Assembly: GCA_964016885.1 (NCBI GenBank)
Contig: OZ024758.1
Location: forward strand, 36,952,001 to 37,016,000
DNA: 64,000 nucleotides
Direction of reading: 5' to 3'
DNA from: Eledone cirrhosa
Taxonomy: Eukaryota
Part shown: positions 55,093 to 64,000 of the stretch, piece after piece
Numbering within the stretch: the stretch's first letter is position 1
Layout: every line of letters begins with the position of its first letter
Translations under genes and position numbers: made by a program
Notes under the pieces: model-generated
Seen by the model: the letters and a program-made list of their open reading frames with translations, nothing else
What the model was told of the DNA's origin: nothing
The model's database searches: none

Positions 55093-58000
55093 CATGGTAT
55101 TAGCTGTCAGAAGGAACTCCAATGTTGGTGAGAATTCATTTAAGTCATGGTACTAGCTGTCAGAAGTAACTCCACTGTTGGTGAGAATTCATTTAAGTTC
55201 ATGGTATTAGCTGTCAGAAGGAACGCCACTGTTGGTGAGAATTCATTTAAGTTCATGGTATTAGCTGTCAGAAGTAACTCCACTGTTGGTGAGAATTCAT
55301 TTAAGTTCATGGTACTAGCTGTCAGAAGTAACTCCAATGTTGGTGAGAATTCATTTAAGTTCATGGTATTAGCTGTCAGAAGTCACTCCACTGTTGGTGA
55401 TAATTCATTTAAGTTCATGGTATTAGCTGTCAGAAGTAACTCCACTGTTGGTGAGAATTCATTTAAGTTCATGGTACTAGTTGTCAGAAGTAACTCCACT
55501 GTTGGTGAGAATTCATTTAAGTTCATGGTACTAGCTGTCAGAAGTAACCCCAATGTTGGTAAGAATTCATTTAAGTTCATGATATTAGCTGTCAGAAGTA
55601 ACTCCACTGTTGGTGAGAATTCATTTAAGTTCATGGTACTAGCTGTCAGAAGTAACTCCACTGTTGGTGAGAATTCATTTAAGTTTATGGTACTAGCTGT
55701 CAGAAGTAACCCCAATGTTGGTGAGAATTCATTTAAGTTCATGGTATTAGCTGTCAGAAGTCACTCCAATGTTGGTGAGAATTCATTTAAGTTCATGGTA
55801 TTAGCTGTCAGAAGTAACTCCACTGTTGGTGAGAATTCATTTAAGTTCATGGTATTAGCTGTCAGAAGCAACTCCACTGTTGGTGAGAATTCATTTAAGT
55901 TCATGGTATTAGCTGTCAGAAGTAACTCCACTGTTGGTGAGAATTCATTTAAGTTCATGGTATTAGCTGTCAGAAGGAACTCCAATGTTGGTGAGAATTC
56001 ATTTAAGTCATGGTACTAGCTGTCAGAAGTAACTCCACTGTTGGTGAGAATTCATTTAAGTTCATGGTATTAGCTGTCAGAAGGAACGCCACTGTTGGTG
56101 AGAATTCATTTAAGTTCATGGTATTAGCTGTCAGAAGTAACTCCACTGTTGGTGAGAATTCATTTAAGTTCATGGTACTAGCTGTCAGAAGTAACTCCAA
56201 TGTTGGTGAGAATTCATTTAAGTTCATGGTATTAGCTGTCAGAAGGAACTCCACTGTTGGTGATAATTCATTTAAGTTCATGGTATTAGCTGTCAGAAGT
56301 AACTCCACTGTTGGTGAGAATTCATTTAAGTTCATGGTACTAGTTGTCAGAAGTAACTCCACTGTTGGTGAGAATTCATTTAAGTCATGGTATTAGTTGT
56401 CAGAAGTAACTCCAATGTTGGTGAGAATTCATTTAAGTTCATGGTACTAGCTGTCAGAAGTAACTCCACTGTTGGTGAGAATTCATTTAAGTTCATTGTA
56501 TTAGCTGTCAGAAGGAACTCCACTGTTGGTAAGAATTCATTTAAGTTCATGGTATTAGCTGTCAGAAGTAACTCCACTGTTGGTGAGAATTCATTTAAGT
56601 TCATGGTACTAGCTGTCAGAAGTAACTCCACTGTTGGTGAGAATTCATTTAAGTTCATGGTACTAGCTGTCAGAAGTAACTCCACTGTTGGTGAGAATTC
56701 ATTTAAGTTCATGGTACTAGCTGTCAGAAGTAACCCCAATGTTGGTGAGAATTCATTTAAGTTCATGGTATTAGCTGTCAGAAGTCACTCCAATGTTGGT
56801 GAGAATTCATTTAAGTTCATGGTATTAGCTGTGAGAAGTCACTCCACTGTTGGTGAGAATTCATTTAAGTTCATGGTATTAGCTGTCAGAAGTACCTCCA
56901 CTGTTGGTGAGAATTCATTTAAGTTCATGGTATTAGCTGTCAGAAGTAACTCCACTGTTGGTGAGAATTCATTTAAGTTCATGGTATTAGCTGTCAGAAG
57001 GAACTCCAATGTTGGTGAGAATTCATTTAAGTTCATGGTATTAGCTGTCAGAAGGAACTCCACTGTTGGTGAGAATTCATTTAAGTTCATGGTATTAGCT
57101 GTCAGAAGTAACTCCACTGTTGGTGAGAATTCATTTAAGTTCATGGTACTAGTTGTCAGAAGTAACTCCACTGTTGGTGAGAATTCATTTAAGTTCATGG
57201 TATTAGTTGTCAGAAGTAACTCCACTGTTGGTGAGAATTCATTTAAGTCATGGTATTAGTTGTCAGAAGTAACTCCAATGTTGGTGAGAATTCATTTAAG
57301 TTCATGGTACTAGCTGTCAGAAGTAACTCCACTGTTGGTGAGAATTCATTTAAGTTCATTGTATTAGCTGTCAGAAGTAACTCCACTGTTGGTGAGAATT
57401 CATTTAAGTCATGGTATTAGCTGTCAGAAGTAACTCCATTGTTGGTGAGAATTCATTTAAGTCATGGTACTAGCTGTCAGAAGTAACTCCACTGTTGGTG
57501 AGAATTCATTTAAGTTCATGGTATTAGCTGTCAGAAGGAACTCCACTGTTGGTGAGAATTCATTTAAGTTCATGGTACTAGCTGTCAGAAGTAACTCCAC
57601 TGTTGGTGAGAATTCATTTAAGTTCATGGTATTAGTTTGTCAGAAGTAACTCCACTGTTGGTGAGAATTCATTTAAGTCATGGTATTAGTTGTCAGAAGT
57701 AACTCCAATGTTGGTGAGAATTCATTTAAGTCATGGTACTAGCTGTCAGAAGTAACTCCAATGTTGGTGAGAATTCATTTAAGTTCATGGTATTAGCTGT
57801 CAGAAGGAACTCCACTGTTGGTGAGAATTCATTTAAGTTCATGGTATTAGCTGTCAGAAGTAACTCCACTGTTGGTGAGAATTCATTTAAGTTCATGGTA
57901 TTAGCTGTCAGAAGTAACTCCACTGTTGGTGAGAATTCATTTAAGTTCATGGTACTAGCTGTCAGAAGTAACTCCACTGTTGGTGAGAATTCATTTAAGT

Positions 58001-59606
58001 TCATGGTTCTAGCTGTCAGAATTAACTCCACTGTTGGTGAGAATTCATTTAAGTTCATGGTACTAGCTGTCAGAAGTAACTCCACTGTTGGTGAGAATTC
58101 ATTTAAGTTCATGGTATTAGCTGTCAGAAGGAACTCCAATGTTGGTGAGAATTCATTTAAGTTCATGGTACTAGTTGTCAGAAGTAACTCCACTGTTGGT
58201 GAGAATTCATTTAAGTTCATGGTACTAGCTGTCAGAAGTAACCCCAATGTTGGTAAGAATTCATTTAAGTTCATGATATTAGCTGTCAGAAGTAACTCCA
58301 CTGTTGGTGAGAATTCATTTAAGTTCATGGTACTAGCTGTCAGAAGTAACTCCACTGTTGGTGAGAATTCATTTAAGTTCATGGTATTAGCTGTCAGAAG
58401 CAACTCCACTGTTGGTGAGAATTCATTTAAGTTCATGGTATTAGCTGTCAGAAGTAACTCCACTGTTGGTGAGAATTCATTTAAGTTCATGGTATTAGCT
58501 GTCAGAAGGAACTCCAATGTTGGTGAGAATTCATTTAAGTCATGGTACTAGCTGTCAGAAGTAACTCCACTGTTGGTGAGAATTCATTTAAGTTCATGGT
58601 ATTAGCTGTCAGAAGGAACGCCACTGTTGGTGAGAATTCATTTAAGTTCATGGTATTAGCTGTCAGAAGTAACTCCACTGTTGGTGAGAATTCATTTAAG
58701 TTCATGGTACTAGCTGTCAGAAGTAACTCCAATGTTGGTGAGAATTCATTTAAGTTCATGGTATTAGCTGTCAGAAGGAACTCCACTGTTGGTGATAATT
58801 CATTTAAGTTCATGGTATTAGCTGTCAGAAGTAACTCCACTGTTGGTGAGAATTCATTTAAGTTCATGGTACTAGTTGTCAGAAGTAACTCCACTGTTGG
58901 TGAGAATTCATTTAAGTTCATGGTACTAGCTGTCAGAAGTAACTCCAATGTTGGTAAGAATTCATTTAAGTTCATGATATTAGCTGTCAGAAGTAACTCC
59001 ACTGTTGGTGAGAATTCATTTAAGTTCATGGTACTAGCTGTCAGAAGTAACTCCACTGTTGGTGAGAATTCATTTAAGTTTATGGTACTAGCTGTCAGAA
59101 GTAACCCCAATGTTGGTGAGAATTCATTTAAGTTCATGGTATTAGCTGTCAGAAGTCACTCCAATGTTGGTGAGAATTCATTTCAGTTCATGGTATTAGC
59201 TGTCAGAAGTCACTCCACTGTTGGTGAGAATTCATTTAAGTTCATGGTACTAGCTGTCAGAAGTAACCCCAATGTTGCTGAGAATTCATTTAAGTTCATG
59301 GTATTAGCTGTCAGAAGTCACTCCAATGTTGGTGAGAATTCATTTAAGTTCATGGTATTAGCTGTCAGAAGTAACGCCACTGTTGGTGAGAATTCATTTA
59401 AGTTCATTTTATTAGCTGTCAGAAGGAACTCCAGTGTTGGTGAGAATTCATTTAAGTTCATGGTATTAGCTGTCAGAAGTAACTCCACTGTTGGTGAGAA
59501 TTCATTTAAGTTCATGGTACTAGCTGTCAGAAGTAACTCCAATGTTGGTGAGAATTCATTTAAGTTCATGGTATTAGCTGTCAGAAGGAACTCCACTGTT
59601 GGTGAG

Positions 59607-62103
59607 AATTCATTTAAGTTCATGGTATTAGCTGTCAGAAGTAACTCCACTGTTGGTGAGAATTCATTTAAGTTCATGGTACTAGTTGTCAGAAGTAACT
59701 CCACTGTTGGTGAGAATTCATTTAAGTTCATGGTATTAGTTGTCAGAAGTAACTCCACTGTTGGTGAGAATTCATTTAAGTCATGGTATTAGCTGTCAGA
59801 AGTAACTCCATTGTTGGTGAGAATTCATTTAAGTCATGGTACTAGCTGTCAGAAGTAACTCCACTGTTGGTGAGAATTCATTTAAGTTCATGGTATTAGC
59901 TGTCAGAAGGAACTCCACTGTTGGTGAGAATTCATTTAAGTTCATGGTACTAGCTGTCAGAAGTAACTCCACTGTTGGTGAGAATTCATTTAAGTTCATG
60001 GTATTAGTTTGTCAGAAGTAACTCCACTGTTGGTGAGAATTCATTTAAGTCATGGTATTAGTTGTCAGAAGTAACTCCAATGTTGGTGAGAATTCATTTA
60101 AGTCATGGTACTAGCTGTCAGAAGTAACTCCAATGTTGGTGAGAATTCATTTAAGTTCATGGTATTAGCTGTCAGAAGGAACTCCACTGTTGGTGAGAAT
60201 TCATTTAAGTTCATGGTATTAGCTGTCAGAAGTAACTCCACTGTTGGTGAGAATTCATTTAAGTTCATGGTATTAGCTGTCAGAAGTAACTCCACTGTTG
60301 GTGAGAATTCATTTAAGTTCATGGTACTAGCTGTCAGAAGTAACTCCACTGTTGGTGAGAATTCATTTAAGTTCATGGTTCTAGCTGTCAGAATTAACTC
60401 CACTGTTGGTGAGAATTCATTTAAGTTCATGGTACTAGCTGTCAGAAGTAACTCCACTGTTGGTGAGAATTCATTTAAGTTCATGGTATTAGCTGTCAGA
60501 AGGAACTCCAATGTTGGTGAGAATTCATTTAAGTCATGGTACTAGCTGTCAGAAGTAACTCCACTGTTGGTGAGAATTCATTTAAGTTCATGGTATTAGC
60601 TGTCAGAAGGAACGCCACTGTTGGTGAGAATTCATTTAAGTTCATGGTATTAGCTGTCAGAAGTAACTCCACTGTTGGTGAGAATTCATTTAAGTTCATG
60701 GTACTAGCTGTCAGAAGTAACTCCAATGTTGGTGAGAATTCATTTAAGTTCATGGTATTAGCTGTCAGAAGTCACTCCACTGTTGGTGATAATTCATTTA
60801 AGTTCATGGTATTAGCTGTCAGAAGTAACTCCACTGTTGGTGAGAATTCATTTAAGTTCATGGTACTAGTTGTCAGAAGTAACTCCACTGTTGGTGAGAA
60901 TTCATTTAAGTTCATGGTATTAGTTGTCAGAAGTAACTCCACTGTTGGTGAGAATTCATTTAAGTCATGGTATTAGCTGTCAGAAGTAACTCCATTGTTG
61001 GTGAGAATTCATTTAAGTCATGGTACTAGCTGTCAGAAGTAACTCCACTGTTGGTGAGAATTCATTTAAGTTCATGGTATTAGCTGTCAGAAGGAACTCC
61101 ACTGTTGGTGAGAATTCATTTAAGTTCATGGTACTAGCTGTCAGAAGTAACTCCACTGTTGGTGAGAATTCATTTAAGTTCATGGTATTAGTTTGTCAGA
61201 AGTAACTCCACTGTTGGTGAGAATTCATTTAAGTCATGGTATTAGTTGTCAGAAGTAACTCCAATGTTGGTGAGAATTCATTTAAGTCATGGTACTAGCT
61301 GTCAGAAGTAACTCCAATGTTGGTGAGAATTCATTTAAGTTCATGGTATTAGCTGTCAGAAGGAACTCCACTGTTGGTGAGAATTCATTTAAGTTCATGG
61401 TATTAGCTGTCAGAAGTAACTCCACTGTTGGTGAGAATTCATTTAAGTTCATGGTATTAGCTGTCAGAAGTAACTCCACTGTTGGTGAGAATTCATTTAA
61501 GTTCATGGTACTAGCTGTCAGAAGTAACTCCACTGTTGGTGAGAATTCATTTAAGTTCATGGTTCTAGCTGTCAGAATTAACTCCACTGTTGGTGAGAAT
61601 TCATTTAAGTTCATGGTACTAGCTGTCAGAAGTAACTCCACTGTTGGTGAGAATTCATTTAAGTTCATGGTATTAGCTGTCAGAAGGAACTCCAATGTTG
61701 GTGAGAATTCATTTAAGTCATGGTACTAGCTGTCAGAAGTAACTCCACTGTTGGTGAGAATTCATTTAAGTTCATGGTATTAGCTGTCAGAAGGAACGCC
61801 ACTGTTGGTGAGAATTCATTTAAGTTCATGGTATTAGCTGTCAGAAGTAACTCCACTGTTGGTGAGAATTCATTTAAGTTCATGGTACTAGCTGTCAGAA
61901 GTAACTCCAATGTTGGTGAGAATTCATTTAAGTTCATGGTATTAGCTGTCAGAAGTCACTCCACTGTTGGTGATAATTCATTTAAGTTCATGGTATTAGC
62001 TGTCAGAAGTAACTCCACTGTTGGTGAGAATTCATTTAAGTTCATGGTACTAGTTGTCAGAAGTAACTCCACTGTTGGTGAGAATTCATTTAAGTTCATG
62101 GTA
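59607..62103. repeat. Tandem duplication with 1184-bp period (22 monomers)
   Basis: ORF pairs 59836/61020, 60098/61282, 60529/61713. Flanking mismatches at 59606/60790 and 60920/62104. Confidence 0.88.
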
Positions 62104-64000
62104 CTAGCTGTCAGAAGTAACCCCAATGTTGGTAAGAATTCATTTAAGTTCATGATATTAGCTGTCAGAAGTAACTCCACTGTTGGTGAGAATTCATTTA
62201 AGTTCATGGTACTAGCTGTCAGAAGTAACTCCACTGTTGGTGAGAATTCATTTAAGTTTATGGTACTAGCTGTCAGAAGTAACCCCAATGTTGGTGAGAA
62301 TTCATTTAAGTTCATGGTATTAGCTGTCAGAAGTCACTCCAATGTTGGTGAGAATTCATTTAAGTTCATGGTATTAGCTGTCAGAAGTAACTCCACTGTT
62401 GGTGAGAATTCATTTAAGTTCATGGTATTAGCTGTCAGAAGCAACTCCACTGTTGGTGAGAATTCATTTAAGTTCATGGTATTAGCTGTCAGAAGTAACT
62501 CCACTGTTGGTGAGAATTCATTTAAGTTCATGGTATTAGCTGTCAGAAGGAACTCCAATGTTGGTGAGAATTCATTTAAGTCATGGTACTAGCTGTCAGA
62601 AGTAACTCCACTGTTGGTGAGAATTCATTTAAGTTCATGGTATTAGCTGTCAGAAGGAACGCCACTGTTGGTGAGAATTCATTTAAGTTCATGGTATTAG
62701 CTGTCAGAAGTAACTCCACTGTTGGTGAGAATTCATTTAAGTTCATGGTACTAGGTGTCAGAAGTAACTCCAATGTTGGTGAGAATTCATTTAAGTTCAT
62801 GGTATTAGCTGTCAGAAGGAACTCCACTGTTGGTGATAATTCATTTAAGTTCATGGTATTAGCTGTCAGAAGTAACTCCACTGTTGGTGAGAATTCATTT
62901 AAGTTCATGGTACTAGTTGTCAGAAGTAACTCCACTGTTGGTGAGAATTCATTTAAGTTCATGGTACTAGCTGTCAGAAGTAACTCCAATGTTGGTAAGA
63001 ATTCATTTAAGTTCATGATATTAGCTGTCAGAAGTAACTCCACTGTTGGTGAGAATTCATTTAAGTTCATGGTACTAGCTGTCAGAAGTAACTCCACTGT
63101 TGGTGAGAATTCATTTAAGTTTATGGTACTAGCTGTCAGAAGTAACCCCAATGTTGGTGAGAATTCATTTAAGTTCATGGTATTAGCTGTCAGAAGTCAC
63201 TCCAATGTTGGTGAGAATTCATTTCAGTTCATGGTATTAGCTGTCAGAAGTCACTCCACTGTTGGTGAGAATTCATTTAAGTTCATGGTACTAGCTGTCA
63301 GAAGTAACCACAATGTTGCTGAGAATTCATTTAAGTTCATGGTATTAGCTGTCAGAAGTCACTCCAATGTTGGTGAGAATTCATTTAAGTTCATGGTATT
63401 AGCTGTCAGAAGTAACTCCACTGTTGGTGAGAATTCATTTAAGTTCATGGTATTAGCTGTCAGAAGTAACTCCACTGTTGGTGAGAATTCATTTAAGTTC
63501 ATGGTATTAGCTGTCAGAAGTAACTCCACTGTTGGTGAGAATTCATTTAAGTTCATGGTATTACCTGTCAGAAGGAACTCCAATGTTGGTGAGAATTCAT
63601 TTAAGTCATGGTACTAGCTGTCAGAAGTAACTCCACTGTTGGTGAGAATTCATTTAAGTTCATGGTACTAGCTGTCAGAAGTAACTCCAATGTTGGTGAG
63701 AATTCATTTAAGTTCATGGTATTAGCTGTCAGAAGGAACTCCACTGTTGGTGAGAATTCATTTAAGTCTTGGTATTAGTTGTCAGAAGTAACTCCAATGT
63801 TGGTGAGAATTCATTTAAGTTCATGGTACTAGCTGTCAGAAGTAACCACAATGTTGCTGAGAATTCATTTAAGTTCATGGTATTAGCTGTCAGAAGTCAC
63901 TCCAATGTTGGTGAGAATTCATTTAAGTTCATGGTATTAGCTGTTAGAAGTCACTCCACTGTTGGTGAGAATTCATTTAAGTTCATGGTACTAGCTGTCA

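Larger units (their letters stand above)
1..64000. repeat. 54-bp tandem satellite array (EcoRI-containing monomer), ~1,190 copies, head-to-tail, truncated by both window edges
   Basis: GAATTC recurs every 53-55 bp from position 4 to ~63968. Monomers typically differ from the consensus at only a few positions. I saw no non-satellite insertion and no strand switch. Copy number is estimated as window length divided by monomer length. Confidence 0.99.

Noticed and set aside
148-63583. Minus-strand ORFs of (MNLNEFSPTVELLLTAST)n, suggesting bidirectional coding
   Set aside because: The same chance argument applies. The widespread GTCAC variant creates a TGA stop in this frame and has spread anyway.
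20-63617. Plus-strand ORFs of (MVLAVRSNSTVGENSFKF)n, up to 416 aa (58542-59792), read as a repeat protein or a frameshift/phase-variation system
   Set aside because: 54 is a multiple of 3, and at this base composition about 30% of 18-codon frames are stop-free by chance, so about 2 open frames of 6 are expected. Frameshifting 53/55-bp monomers are common and were amplified freely. Most substitutions are non-synonymous, and there is no unique domain or flanking gene structure. Ribo-seq or proteomic evidence would be needed to revisit this.
1-64000. CRISPR array or other repeat-spacer cassette system
   Set aside because: There are no unique spacers, since the entire 54 bp is repeated, and there are no cas or recombinase genes.
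1-64000. Rolling-circle concatemer, synthetic EcoRI ligation product or sequencing artefact
   Set aside because: Variants are shared in ordered multi-kb blocks with nested histories and regional turnover, which random errors or random ligation would not produce. Local misassembly of individual duplications cannot be excluded without reads.
1-64000. CENP-B box, telomeric repeat, G-quadruplex or H-DNA motif
   Set aside because: There is no TTCG....A..CGGG motif, no TTAGGG-like unit and no GGG runs in the consensus. The mirror repeats are not homopurine.
1-64000. Tandem tRNA, 5S or spliced-leader RNA gene array
   Set aside because: The 54-bp unit is too short, and I recognise no cloverleaf, A/B boxes or Pol III terminator.

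Overview
The whole 64 kb window is one uninterrupted, single-orientation tandem array (satellite DNA) of a 54-bp monomer. The consensus is GAATTCATTTAAGTTCATGGTAYTAGCTGTCAGAAGTAACTCCAMTGTTGGTGA: about 37-39% GC, one EcoRI site, no CpG. There are roughly 1,190 copies, including frequent 53-bp (AAGTCATG) and occasional 55-bp (TAGTTTGTC) length variants, and the array runs past both window edges. I see no gene, RNA gene, transposon or CRISPR array. Every ORF in the track is a read-through of the 18-codon monomer, broken by the length variants. The information lies in how monomer variants are arranged: nested kb-scale duplications (offsets include 432, 1075, 1077, 1184, 1238, 1833, 2479, 3496, 6360 and 16686 bp) with no single fixed higher-order period, variant sets confined to sub-domains, and a recurring 161-bp trimer. 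This most resembles a recently homogenised eukaryotic satellite (centromeric, pericentromeric or subtelomeric) from a long-read assembly. I cannot name the family or organism, and I found no convincing novel protein-coding system.
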